From NCBI GenBank assembly GCA_041752695.1, contig JBGSVZ010000009.1:76984-140983 (forward strand): 64,000 nt of DNA. Reading direction: 5' to 3'. The stretch is from Terrimicrobiaceae bacterium (lineage in GTDB: Bacteria > Verrucomicrobiota > Verrucomicrobiia > Chthoniobacterales > Terrimicrobiaceae). The position numbers were made by a program, and so were the translations under genes. This document shows positions 18,477 to 28,131 of the stretch, piece after piece. The number at the start of each line of letters is the position of its first letter. Within the stretch, counting starts at the first letter, position 1. Below the pieces are notes generated by a model that saw nothing but the letters and a program-made list of their open reading frames with translations, ran no database searches and had not been told where the DNA came from.

Positions 18477-19169
18477 TTACGCCGCGGCTACGCCAAAAAG
18501 ATATCCCACCAGGGCCGTGAGACCCATGGCGATCACGCCCCAGAGAATAACCCGGAAGGCCGCTTTTGCCACCGGGGCACCGCCGGCCCGGGCGGCCAGC
18601 GCACCCAAAGCGCCCAGGAAAAAAAGCGCCGAAATCGAAACCGCCCAAAGCAAAAGCGGCCGGGGACTCACCGCGACGACGACCAGCGGCAAGGCGGCTC
18701 CGACGGCGAAAGTTCCCGCGGACGCAAACGCCGCCTGCACGGGGCGCGCCGCCAGCGTTTCCGAGACCCCCAACTCATCCCGCGCATGGGCCCCGAGGGC
18801 ATCGTGCTTCATCAGTTGAATCGCAACCTCCCGAGCCAGGGGCTCGCCCAGGCCGCGTTGAACATAGATTTGCGTCAGCTCATCCAACTCGCCTTCCGCA
18901 TCCTGATCCAATTCCGCCTTTTCCAAAAGCAGGTCGGCCTTCTCGGTGTCCGACTGGGAGCTTACGGACACGTATTCCCCCGCGGCCATGGACATAGCCC
19001 CCGCCGCCAGACCCGCGACTCCCGCGACCAAGATGCCCGCCTGGGGCGACCCGGCGGCCGCCACCCCCACCACCAGGCTGGCGGTGGAGACGATGCCGTC
19101 GTTCGCCCCGAGGACGGCGGCGCGAAGCCAGCCAATGCGATGGGTGCGATGAGTTTCGGGCCGATGCAT
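18477..19169 (-). CDS. VIT1/CCC1 family iron/manganese transporter
   Basis: WLRAAVLGANDGIVS, AMSMAAGEYVSVSSQ and AHARDELG. Confidence 0.93.
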   Translation of the reverse strand: MHRPETHRTHRIGWLRAAVLGANDGIVSTASLVVGVAAAGSPQAGILVAGVAGLAAGAMSMAAGEYVSVSSQSDTEKADLLLEKAELDQDAEGELDELTQIYVQRGLGEPLAREVAIQLMKHDALGAHARDELGVSETLAARPVQAAFASAGTFAVGAALPLVVVAVSPRPLLLWAVSISALFFLGALGALAARAGGAPVAKAAFRVILWGVIAMGLTALVGYLFGVAAA

Positions 19170-19236
19170 AACGTTTTCCCAGTCATCCTGAACGCGCACC
19201 GCGAAATTGCAAAACCGGTTTTCCGCGGGACCCCGT

Positions 19237-20922
19237 TTATTCGATGTCCCGCGTCACTTCGGCCAGAATCTCCGTTTCGCGCCGCTCCAGCAACCGGGCG
19301 AGAGGCGGCAGGGTGAGGACGTAAAGACCGGTGGCGACGGCCACGAGCAGACAGGAGCCGCCCAGATTTAACGGCCAGCCCGCCGGCCAGTCCAACCATC
19401 TGCCCGCGAGCTCCAGCAGGGTCGGGAGAAAAAGCACAGCCCCGGCGACCGGCGAAACCAACATGCCCATGAAAAGCAGAAACGTGACACGGGGCGGCAC
19501 CTTGGTGGGTTTGAACGCGCCCGCCAGAACCTTGTAGGGAGCCACGATGGAAAGCCAGTTGCCCAGCACCGAGAACAAAAGATAACCGGCCAGCAGGGTC
19601 AGCACGGCACTCAAAAACGCCGCCGGGGCGAGAATCCGGAGGAGCAGGCCTGCCAACAAAATCAGGCACCCCGTGCCCACAATGAGAGGAAACGCCGCCA
19701 GCGTCTTCCCCATGAGCAGGTGGGTCCGGGAGACGGGAGCGAGCAGATAGCTGCGAAATCCATCCCGATCAAAGCCAAACTGATTGAAGAGAAGCTGCGT
19801 CGCGCCAATGAGGGACATCGTCCCGAGCAGCGTTCCCGCACTGGTTTGCACGAAGCCCTGCGATTTTTCTCCCGACCGGAAAAGAAGAAATCCAAAGACA
19901 AAGGTCATGACCACCTGGCCGAACAACGCCATTTTTACCTCCGGAGCCCGCAGGTGGGAACGCAAGGCCCCCAGCGCAACCGCCGCCACCCCGGAGGGAA
20001 GCCCGGGAATTTCCCAGGAAATTAGCCGGGAGGGGCGAACCCGCCGCACGGCCTTCGGCTGGCCGGGCCGGTTCGTGCCCTGCAGCGCCCGCAGGGTGCC
20101 GCGAAAACTGACCATCAGCACCAGCGCCCCCAAAATGCCAAAGCCGACGGTGGCTCCGAGCGCCGGCCCCAGTTCGCCCCGCATCAGCGACGACGCACTT
20201 GCACCCACCCAGAGGGGCGGTAAGACGCCATGGGCCGCTCCCCACCACTCCGGCGCCTCCCCATGGGAAAATCCCGGGCGTTCCCGCATGATATTAAAAT
20301 AAAAATTCGGCAACTGGAAAAACAACACCGCAAGCAGGGACGTGGTCACGACGATGGCCCGCCGCCGCCGTTCGTTGCTCATCAACGAGACCAGCCACCC
20401 GCGAACCCAATACGTCACGGCCGTGGTGAGGAAGAAAAAGCCCACCACCACTGGAATCAACAGGACCAACCGTGGCCCGCACGAAACCGCCAGCCCCAGG
20501 GTCAGAGTGACCAGTCCAGGCAATGCCAGCAAAATGCTCGGCGAAAGCCAGGACGAGGCGTAGTTGAAGGCAAAAACCCTCCCCAAAGAAACCGGCAGAT
20601 GCAAAAGCTTGGAGATATCCAGGCTTTCCGACCGTTGCAGTTCGGTCAGCAGTCCCACCACCCAAAAGAAAAGAAAAAAGAGAACCAGTCCGTCGACCAC
20701 CAGGAGCAACGCCCAACCCGGTGCCTCCACCAGAGCGAGCCCGGCGAAAAACCCACCGACCGCGGAAAGCAAAACCACCCCCACCCCGACGCCGCAAAGA
20801 ATCGTGAAGGACACCCGGTCGAAGAGTCCCCGCCTCCGCCATTGATTGCGCGACAGCTTCCACCGCAGCCAGAGGATCGAGCGCCATTGCTCCCAGAAAT
20901 CCGGCGGCAAAAAATCCCTCAT
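19237..20922 (-). CDS. ABC exporter permease
   Basis: Many TM segments, LLHLPVS and NQFGFDRDG...LLAPV; follows the ATPase by 1 nt. Start reset to ATG 20922. Confidence 0.85.
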   Translation of the reverse strand: MRDFLPPDFWEQWRSILWLRWKLSRNQWRRRGLFDRVSFTILCGVGVGVVLLSAVGGFFAGLALVEAPGWALLLVVDGLVLFFLFFWVVGLLTELQRSESLDISKLLHLPVSLGRVFAFNYASSWLSPSILLALPGLVTLTLGLAVSCGPRLVLLIPVVVGFFFLTTAVTYWVRGWLVSLMSNERRRRAIVVTTSLLAVLFFQLPNFYFNIMRERPGFSHGEAPEWWGAAHGVLPPLWVGASASSLMRGELGPALGATVGFGILGALVLMVSFRGTLRALQGTNRPGQPKAVRRVRPSRLISWEIPGLPSGVAAVALGALRSHLRAPEVKMALFGQVVMTFVFGFLLFRSGEKSQGFVQTSAGTLLGTMSLIGATQLLFNQFGFDRDGFRSYLLAPVSRTHLLMGKTLAAFPLIVGTGCLILLAGLLLRILAPAAFLSAVLTLLAGYLLFSVLGNWLSIVAPYKVLAGAFKPTKVPPRVTFLLFMGMLVSPVAGAVLFLPTLLELAGRWLDWPAGWPLNLGGSCLLVAVATGLYVLTLPPLARLLERRETEILAEVTRDIE

Positions 20923-20923
20923 C

Positions 20924-21703
20924 TCAGGAATTCTCCCCGCCGGCCTGATCCAGCCAGGCCAATCGGTGCCGGGTGACTTCGTCACCTCCCACCGCGGAAA
21001 GAAATTTTTCCTCCAGCGTTCCCCCGGCGCGCACGTCCGCCATGGTCGCCTGATAAACCAAGGTCCCCCGGGCAATGATCCCGACATGGGTGCAGAGCTT
21101 TTCCACGATTTCCAGCACATGCGAGGTGAGAAAAACCGTCGCACCTCCCTGCACGTAACCCTGCAAGGTATCGCGCAGCACGCGGGCCGACACCGCATCA
21201 ACCCCCTCGAAGGGTTCATCCAAAAAGAGCAGCTCCGGCCGCGCGATCAAAGCCGCGGCCAACGCCAGCTTCTTTTTCATGCCGTGGGAGAATTCCATGG
21301 TCAACTTTCCGTCGGTATCCTCCAGGTCCATGATGGAAAGGAGTTCCTCCCTCCGCTCTTCCAGGGTCGCCGCGGGCAGCCCGTGCATGCGGCCGATGAA
21401 GGTCAGAAATTCCCGGGCCGTCAGATTGTCGAAAAGTCCGAGATTTTCCGGCACCACTCCCATCCGCCGTTTCACGTCCAGCGCCTGGGTCGCGTCCGAA
21501 ATATCTCCGCCGAGCACCCGGATCTGGCCCGACGTCGGAGCGAGTAGCCCCGTAAGCATCTTGATCGTGGTGGATTTTCCCGCCCCATTGGGCCCGAGAA
21601 ACCCATAAAACATCCCCCGCTCCACCGTGAGATCCAGGCCCTCCACCGCCCGAAAGTTCCCAAAATCGCGCGTAAGCTGAAGAGTCGAGATGGCAGCAGT
21701 CAT
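20924..21703 (-). CDS. ABC transporter ATP-binding protein
   Basis: GPNGAGKST, FSHGMKKK, LDEP and TSH. Confidence 0.95.
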   Translation of the reverse strand: MTAAISTLQLTRDFGNFRAVEGLDLTVERGMFYGFLGPNGAGKSTTIKMLTGLLAPTSGQIRVLGGDISDATQALDVKRRMGVVPENLGLFDNLTAREFLTFIGRMHGLPAATLEERREELLSIMDLEDTDGKLTMEFSHGMKKKLALAAALIARPELLFLDEPFEGVDAVSARVLRDTLQGYVQGGATVFLTSHVLEIVEKLCTHVGIIARGTLVYQATMADVRAGGTLEEKFLSAVGGDEVTRHRLAWLDQAGGENS

Positions 21704-21858
21704 GAAACCCAGTAGGAACGTTGTAACGCGACGCCGACAGGAAGGAAAGGGCGGCGTCAAATCCGCGCGATGGGCCGGCGGCCGACCACTCCTCCCTTCC
21801 AAACAAAAACCCTCTTCTTTCCCTTGCACGCTGCCTCCGCCGGGGCGATCTCCCTGCG

Positions 21859-22545
21859 ATGCGCTTCGTCTGGTTTTCCCTGCTGCTGGCGGGGATTTTT
21901 TCGGCCACGGTTTGTCCGGCCCAGACGGTGTCCCGGGCCGAGGTGCTGGCGATTGCCGAGTCCTTCGTCCGCCACTCCTGGCACGGGTCGCCCGCGAACG
22001 TCCGACACGGCAGGGACACTTCCGGCGTGGAAATCCATACGCCCGATCGCGCGGGCGGACGCGCCCAACCCGACCACGACGCCTGGGTGGTCGGGGCGAA
22101 AAATACCGGCGTGCCGTACAAATGGGGCGGCTTCGACACTCCGGCGCGATTCGACGCCGGACTGAAAAACGGAAAGGCGGCGGGCGACCTTTACACCCCG
22201 GAAAAACGCCGCCTCGGCGGTGCCGCAGTGAGCGGCGACGCCGTCGGCATCGACTGCTCGGGGTTTGTCTCGCGGTGCTGGAAACTTGGGAAAAAACATT
22301 CCACGGCGATGCTCGCGGGCATTAGCCGCAAACTCTCTTCGCCCTCCGAGTTAAAGCCCGGTGATGTGATGAACACGGCCAACGGCCACGTCCTCCTCTT
22401 TGTGAAATGGCTCGACGCCGAGAAAACCCGCGGGCTGTTTTATGAAGCCGTCCCTTTCAGCAAGACGCTCGCTTCCGAGCATAACGTCGCCGCGATGACT
22501 GCGGGAGGCTTCGAACCCCTGCGCTATCGCGGTATGCGGGAGTAA
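21859..22545 (+). CDS. Secreted NlpC/P60-like cysteine hydrolase
   Basis: Signal peptide, GVPYKWGG, GIDCSGFVSRCW and GHVLL. Confidence 0.8.
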   Translation: MRFVWFSLLLAGIFSATVCPAQTVSRAEVLAIAESFVRHSWHGSPANVRHGRDTSGVEIHTPDRAGGRAQPDHDAWVVGAKNTGVPYKWGGFDTPARFDAGLKNGKAAGDLYTPEKRRLGGAAVSGDAVGIDCSGFVSRCWKLGKKHSTAMLAGISRKLSSPSELKPGDVMNTANGHVLLFVKWLDAEKTRGLFYEAVPFSKTLASEHNVAAMTAGGFEPLRYRGMRE

Positions 22546-22559
22546 GATACGCCCTGCCC

Positions 22560-22955
22560 TCAGCGCCGCCAATTTGATAGGACGAGGCCGGTGACGCCCC
22601 CAAAATGACGGTCACGGCTCAGAAGCGTGAAATTGTTTCGGATCGCGATCGCCGCAATCCAGTGGTCATTCGTAGGAATCGGGGTTCCCGCCGCCCGCAA
22701 TTCCTTTCCGATCCTCGCGTAAACCTCGCAAACCTCATAGTCGACGCCAACAAGACCCACCACGCTTTGCCGAAGGAAATCTTGCAGCAAAATCAGGTTC
22801 TTCTCCAGCTGCGTGCCGAGCTGAAACCCGAACAGCAGCTCTCCAATCACCGGCATGGGGAGATAGACATGCTCCGCCAGAGATACGATCCGGCGGGCAT
22901 CGGGCTCGCCCGCCAGCAGCGCACTGTAGGCATTCGTGTCGAGCAGGAGTTTCAT
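22560..22955 (-). CDS. vapC: VapC-family PIN toxin
   Basis: LLDTNAYS, GELLFG, PIPTNDHWIAA and SRDRHF. Confidence 0.92.
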   Translation of the reverse strand: MKLLLDTNAYSALLAGEPDARRIVSLAEHVYLPMPVIGELLFGFQLGTQLEKNLILLQDFLRQSVVGLVGVDYEVCEVYARIGKELRAAGTPIPTNDHWIAAIAIRNNFTLLSRDRHFGGVTGLVLSNWRR

Positions 22956-23215
22956 TTCCAGTGCTCGTCATCCACCCGGCCAAAGGCCTCATCCACCACG
23001 GCATCAAACTCCCTCGCCTCCGCGTCCGCCCACTTTCCCCAGAATCCATCCAGCCGTCCGCCGATTGGGAGGGGCCCCGCTTCCATCGTCAAACCCAACC
23101 CCCGCCTCATCAAATAGATGGCCACTTGATTCGTTGACCACTGCCGCTCACGGCTCATCTCGTCAATGGCCCTTTCCAAATCGGGATCCACACTGCGAAT
23201 CGTCATTTGTTTCAT
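22952..23215 (-). CDS. Antitoxin (RHH/Arc-like) cognate to VapC
   Basis: MKQMTIRSVDPDL RHH-like N-terminus, acidic C-terminus, ATGA overlap with vapC. Confidence 0.85.
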   Translation of the reverse strand: MKQMTIRSVDPDLERAIDEMSRERQWSTNQVAIYLMRRGLGLTMEAGPLPIGGRLDGFWGKWADAEAREFDAVVDEAFGRVDDEHWK

Positions 23216-23243
23216 AATGAAACTTTGCATGACTCATCAATGA
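23212..23243. promoter_or_regulatory. Putative TA autorepression operators
   Basis: Two palindromes, tcat-a-atga and tcat-ca-atga, in AT-rich DNA at the antitoxin start. Confidence 0.5.
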
Positions 23244-23356
23244 AAAACAAGAAAGGATATCCCTTGAAAGACTTGCCCGGTCACGGGTTCCGGCCCGGAG
23301 TTTCCCGCGGACCGCTGCCGGAGCGTTCGGCCAGGGGATTGCGGGCAGCGTTATCG

Positions 23357-24964
23357 CTACGAGCTTCCGGCAAATGCGCGGCGCAAAGCCCGTTCCAGCG
23401 TGCCAAACTCCACCGGTTTGGTCAGGTGGTCGATAAAGCCTGCGTCCCGGCTGCGCTGAACATCTTCCTCCATCCCGTAGCCGGTCAACGCGATACCCCG
23501 CAGCCCGTGGCGCTTCTGGAGGTGGGCCATGAGGTCGTACCCTTTCTCATCGGGCAGGCCAATATCGGAGACGACCAGGTCAAACCGTCCTTCCTCCGCC
23601 CGGGCGCGGGCTTCTTCGCCGGTGCAGGCAGTGACGACATCATACTTGAGGCCGAGAAGAAACGACATCGCCGCGAGGGTGTCCTCGTGGTCTTCCACCA
23701 AAAGCACGCGCCGACGACGCGCGGGACGGTCAGAATCCTCCGACAGCTCGAGTTCCGCAACGCGGACGGAGGCCGGACGTGGGACGAGGGCCAAGCAGGG
23801 AAGTTCCATCGTGAAAGTCGCTCCCATGCCGGGCCCTGCGCTTTCCGCCCGAATGCTTCCCCCATGCAACTCCATCAGCATACGGGAAATGGAAAGCCCG
23901 AGGCCCAGCCCACCATACCGCACGTTCTCTTTGGCCGTAGCGTGTCCGCCTTGGGAAAAGGCGTCAAAAATGTGTGCGATCTCCTCACCCATCAGGCCGA
24001 TTCCGGAATCGATCACCTGCACGGCAATCCGATCGCCCGTCAGATTCCGCGTCTGCACTTCCACGCAGCCCCCAGCTGGGGAAAATTTCACCGCGTTTTT
24101 CAACACATTCCAAAAAACCTGCTGGAGCCGCACCGGATCTCCCAGAACCTCCATCGCGCCCGCTTCGAAATTCCGCGCTAGTCGAATGTGTTTTTCCGTC
24201 ACCTCTCCCTGCACGTTCGCAATGGCGTCCCGAAGAATAACATGAACGTCACAGGGAAGCCTTTCCAGCTGGAGTTTGCCACGGGCGATGCGGGTCAGGT
24301 CGAGCAGATCATCGATCAGGCAGGCCTCCAGGGTGACATTTTTTCGGATCACCGAAAAATCCGCCCTCACGCGTTCCGGCAGCGCCGGATTGGCCGCACC
24401 CGCGCCGGCCAGCAGGAGCACCGGATTGAGCGGCGTGCGGAGTTCGTGGCTGAGTGCGGCCAGGAAATCATCTTTCGCCCGGTTCGCCCGCTCCGCCTCG
24501 TCGCGAGCAGCACTGAGATCCGCCAGCAGGTCCCTCACCTGATATTGCCGGACGCGTGCTTTGAGGGCCACCGCCGCGGCGCTCACCAGGGTCGACGGGC
24601 GAAACGGTCGTTCCAAGACAGTCACATTCCCGCCCGGCCCCAGCAGGGCCAGTCGACGCATCCTTTCCCGGGATACCTCGCCGCCACTGGTGATGAGAAT
24701 GACAGGGATGTCCGACCATGACGGTTGACGCTCCAGGGTTTCGACCAAGAGGCGGACGGAATCCGCGCGCAGCGTTTCTTCAGCCACGATGAGGCAGCCG
24801 CAGGTTTCATCCACGCCCTCTCCGAGGTGAGCCACACTTCCGCAGGCTTCCGCTTCAAACCCCGCCCCACTGAGGAACTCCACCGTGAGCCGTGCGTCAT
24901 TTGCGGTCGGCGCCAGCACCAACACCCGGGCTCCGTCCGTCTCCGCCGCCTTCCCGGCTTGCAT
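23357..24964 (-). CDS. Hybrid sensor histidine kinase (degenerate N-terminal REC, HisKA, HATPase, C-terminal REC)
   Basis: SHELRTPL, NVLKNAVKF, DSGIG, GLGLGL and VSDIGLPD...KP. Confidence 0.95.
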   Translation of the reverse strand: MQAGKAAETDGARVLVLAPTANDARLTVEFLSGAGFEAEACGSVAHLGEGVDETCGCLIVAEETLRADSVRLLVETLERQPSWSDIPVILITSGGEVSRERMRRLALLGPGGNVTVLERPFRPSTLVSAAAVALKARVRQYQVRDLLADLSAARDEAERANRAKDDFLAALSHELRTPLNPVLLLAGAGAANPALPERVRADFSVIRKNVTLEACLIDDLLDLTRIARGKLQLERLPCDVHVILRDAIANVQGEVTEKHIRLARNFEAGAMEVLGDPVRLQQVFWNVLKNAVKFSPAGGCVEVQTRNLTGDRIAVQVIDSGIGLMGEEIAHIFDAFSQGGHATAKENVRYGGLGLGLSISRMLMELHGGSIRAESAGPGMGATFTMELPCLALVPRPASVRVAELELSEDSDRPARRRRVLLVEDHEDTLAAMSFLLGLKYDVVTACTGEEARARAEEGRFDLVVSDIGLPDEKGYDLMAHLQKRHGLRGIALTGYGMEEDVQRSRDAGFIDHLTKPVEFGTLERALRRAFAGSS

Positions 24965-26466
24965 CAGGCCTCCACGCCGGTCGGAGAAGGGGACTTTGGC
25001 AGAGTAAAGGCGGGGTGGCCCCCCAAGATCCCATGCACCTCAGTCAGCGGCGGCCCCACCGATATCCCATTTCGCCCGACCCAGATTTCCCGGATAGAGC
25101 GCTCGTGGTCTCCACTGCGTTTTTTAATCACCGAGACGGCCTGTCGGACCGTTCCGCTGGATTCAAAATAACGCAGAAGCACCACGGTGTCGGCCAGGTA
25201 GGTCAAATCCACGGCAGATTCCAGCACGCCCACCACCCCATGCTGGGCCAGCATCAGAACGGTGACGACACCCTGCTGATTGAGAAAAGAAAGCAGCTCG
25301 TGCAACTGCAGGTTGAGATAATGCTCCTGCGGCATGGCGTTCATGTAGCCATTGATACTGTCAATCACCACCATCCGCGTGCCTTGTTTCAAAACCGCGT
25401 GGCGAATGCGGTGCGCCAGTTCCCCGGGCGCAATCTCTGCCGGATCGATCTGCTGAATCTGAATGTGACCACTCCGCACGTGGGGCGCGAGATCCATACC
25501 CACCTGTCCCGCCCGATCGACCAAAATTTCCACGGATTCATCGAAAAGAAAAAACAACGACTTCTCCCCCCGTTGCGCCGCCTCGTACGCAAACCTCATC
25601 GCCAGGGTGGATTTTCCCGTCCCGGGAGGCCCCATAAACATCGTACTCGTCCCGCGGTCCAGTCCGCCTCCGAGCAACGCATCCATCCCCTCCACCCCAC
25701 TGGTGAAAGAGGAACGCTCGAAGGCCGCCCGGTGCTCAGCCGCCACCAATCGCGGAAAGATTTCCATACCCCCCTTGCGCAAAATCAAATCATGATAGCC
25801 TTCGGAAAACCGGATTCCCCGGACCTTTTGAATGATGGCCTGGCGGCGGGCCACGCCATATTCCGGTGACGTGCGACCCAGGGAAATGACTCCATGCGCG
25901 ATGCTTTCGATTTGCAGGTCCTTGCTACCCGAGGACCGGTCATCAAGAAAACAAACCGTGGCTTTCCGGCCGGCAAAGAACTGCTTCAGCTGGAGCATTT
26001 GGCGCCGATACCGCAGCGGGGTTTCCGCCAGCATCCGCATTTCCGAAAGGGAATCGAAAACAATCCGGGCGGGATCCGTTTTTTCCACCCGGTCCAACAG
26101 GGCGGTGGTCGTGCGGCTCAACTCCACTTCCGAAGGATTAAAAAACGTGCTTTCCACCTTTCCCTCCAACTCCTCTTGCAGGGAGGCCAACTCAAAGACA
26201 TCCAGCCCGGCCAAATCCCACCCGTGCGAGTCCGCCACCTGCTGGAGTTCCTCTCTCGTCTCCGAAAGGGTGATGTAAAGAGCCCTCTCCCCCCGCCGGA
26301 TTCCCTCCAACAAAAACTGCATGCCCAGGGTCGTTTTGCCGACACCGGGATCCCCTTGAATGAGATAAATGCGATTGGCAGGCAATCCCCCGGCAAGGAT
26401 GTCGTCCAGACCCGGGATGCCGGTCACACATGTTTGAGAACTCGGAGGTTTAGCGGGATTTTCCAT
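24964..26466 (-). CDS. kaiC: KaiC-like tandem RecA-fold ATPase
   Basis: Two Walker A motifs, GDPGVGKT and GPPGTGKS, plus QKVRG and KKRSG fingers. Start reset to ATG 26466; TGATG coupling to the kinase. Confidence 0.9.
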   Translation of the reverse strand: MENPAKPPSSQTCVTGIPGLDDILAGGLPANRIYLIQGDPGVGKTTLGMQFLLEGIRRGERALYITLSETREELQQVADSHGWDLAGLDVFELASLQEELEGKVESTFFNPSEVELSRTTTALLDRVEKTDPARIVFDSLSEMRMLAETPLRYRRQMLQLKQFFAGRKATVCFLDDRSSGSKDLQIESIAHGVISLGRTSPEYGVARRQAIIQKVRGIRFSEGYHDLILRKGGMEIFPRLVAAEHRAAFERSSFTSGVEGMDALLGGGLDRGTSTMFMGPPGTGKSTLAMRFAYEAAQRGEKSLFFLFDESVEILVDRAGQVGMDLAPHVRSGHIQIQQIDPAEIAPGELAHRIRHAVLKQGTRMVVIDSINGYMNAMPQEHYLNLQLHELLSFLNQQGVVTVLMLAQHGVVGVLESAVDLTYLADTVVLLRYFESSGTVRQAVSVIKKRSGDHERSIREIWVGRNGISVGPPLTEVHGILGGHPAFTLPKSPSPTGVEA

Positions 26467-26577
26467 GGCGACGAAGCTTCCTATTCTTCGTGTCCCCGCC
26501 CCCGATTGCGTGCCTGGAAACGCGCCCTTCCTCAGGCGACGGGAGGAAAAACCACCCCGCCTTGACGAGTTTACCAA

Positions 26578-27414
26578 TCAGCAGGCGCTGCGCACCCGGC
26601 GGACAAAGCCGAGAAAAAGCACGGAGCCTAAGCCGATCAGAACGACTGAACTGGGTTCCGGAACGATTGAGCTCGGGTCGCGGAACTCAAACATGTAAAG
26701 AGCCACCGCGTTGTGGGCCACTTGAACCGTGTAGGACGATCCCACCCCTTTGGAGGAGACGGCATGGGCGGGATTGTTAAAGGTCGAATCTCCGCCTGCC
26801 GAAAATTCGGTAAAACCCGTCCCGCCCGTCGCGGAAGTGTTGGTGTTGACCACCGTAACGTTGGTGGGGGAATACCGGAAGTTGGAGGTGAAAGTGGAAT
26901 TGCTGGTAAAATACCTCTGGTTGAAATCGATATCCAAAGAGGTCAACTGCAACCCGACACTCTGCGGAGTGCTGGTGATCGTAAAACTCCCTGGGCTGCC
27001 AGTCACTTGGTAGAAATCAAATCCGAGAGTCAGGGACCATACCGAACTGGAGGACGGTCTCACGTAAACCGAGAGGGTGCCGGGGTCCGTTAAACCCTGG
27101 CTATCGACAGTGCGTGCCACCATCAAAGAGTCTGCACTGGGCGACAAGCTGCCCGTAGGGGAAGTTGCCGTGACATTCATGCCCACGTACGAGTTTGTGG
27201 TTGAATCGTACATGATAAACTGACCCACCACACCGGTCGCCCAAGTCGTGGTGTTTTCGGCACTACCGCTCCCGGTGATGATATTAGTCCCCGGAGGCTG
27301 TGGCGTCTGAATCGTCTGCAAGATCACCTCGTCGATGACGAGATTGGAAGCATGCAGCGCTCCCGCCAGAGCAATACTGAAAACGAGTACAAGCGATCTC
27401 AAAGGCAATTTCAT
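26578..27414 (-). CDS. PEP-CTERM sorting-domain surface protein
   Basis: Signal peptide, S/T-rich body, C-terminal VPEPSSVVLIGLGSVLFLGFVRRVR. Confidence 0.93.
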   Translation of the reverse strand: MKLPLRSLVLVFSIALAGALHASNLVIDEVILQTIQTPQPPGTNIITGSGSAENTTTWATGVVGQFIMYDSTTNSYVGMNVTATSPTGSLSPSADSLMVARTVDSQGLTDPGTLSVYVRPSSSSVWSLTLGFDFYQVTGSPGSFTITSTPQSVGLQLTSLDIDFNQRYFTSNSTFTSNFRYSPTNVTVVNTNTSATGGTGFTEFSAGGDSTFNNPAHAVSSKGVGSSYTVQVAHNAVALYMFEFRDPSSIVPEPSSVVLIGLGSVLFLGFVRRVRSAC

Positions 27415-27502
27415 CGTGATCGGCTGTTCATCGTTCTTCAGAAATCGGGGAGATGCACCCGGTTGTCAAGCCCGTCCTGAAGGACCACCGGTCTGATAGA
27501 CG

Positions 27503-28114
27503 TCAAAACCAACCGCGCCAGTCGCGCAATTTCGCCAGCGCCCTCGCGCGGTGACTGAGCGAGTTTTTCACCCCGGCCGGAAGTTGTCCAAACGTCTGGC
27601 AGTATCCCTCGGGAACAAAGAGTGGGTCGTAGCCGAATCCTCCCCCTCCCTTGTGCTGGTTGACAATGACACCCTCCACCGCGCCGGCGAACGCCCCCAA
27701 CTTGCGCCCAGCCCGAGCCAGGACGATGACGCAGCGGAAACGCGCGGACCGTTCCCGGCCACGAACGCCCTCCAGATTTTGCAGCAGGAGGGCGTTATTG
27801 TCCGCGTCAACCGCCTGCGGCCCCGCGTAGCGCGCGGAATAGACCCCAGGCGCCCCGCCGAGGGCGTCCACCTCAAGCCCGGAATCGTCGGCGATGACCC
27901 AGCCGTCAAAGAGCATCGAAGCAGCGACCGCTTTAAGGGTGGCATTCTCCTCGAACGTCGCCCCGGTTTCGTCCACCTCGGGCATATCCGGCAGAATGGA
28001 CAGGTCGGAGACCTCAAAATCCGGTCCCAGAATGGCACGGATCTCGCCGACTTTGTGGGCATTGCGGGTGGAGACCAACAAACGGTGGTTTTCAGAAGGG
28101 AGACTCTCTGCCAT
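27503..28114 (-). CDS. rdgB: Non-canonical purine NTP pyrophosphatase (RdgB/HAM1)
   Basis: TRNAHKVGE, DDSGLEVDALGGAPGVYSARYA, GFGYDPLF and KNSLSHR. Confidence 0.96.
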   Translation of the reverse strand: MAESLPSENHRLLVSTRNAHKVGEIRAILGPDFEVSDLSILPDMPEVDETGATFEENATLKAVAASMLFDGWVIADDSGLEVDALGGAPGVYSARYAGPQAVDADNNALLLQNLEGVRGRERSARFRCVIVLARAGRKLGAFAGAVEGVIVNQHKGGGGFGYDPLFVPEGYCQTFGQLPAGVKNSLSHRARALAKLRDWRGWF

Positions 28115-28131
28115 AGTTCGCCCCTTTTCCC

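Noticed and set aside
1633..23215. Prophage or defence island suggested by two TA pairs
   Set aside because: The pairs are 20 kb apart among housekeeping genes; no integrase, phage structural or other defence genes were seen.
24964..26466. A true circadian clock locus
   Set aside because: No kaiA or kaiB in the window and non-canonical phosphosite residues.
26578..27414. Horizontally acquired island at the lower-GC PEP-CTERM gene
   Set aside because: Single gene with no mobility signatures; Ser/Thr-rich composition can explain much of the shift.
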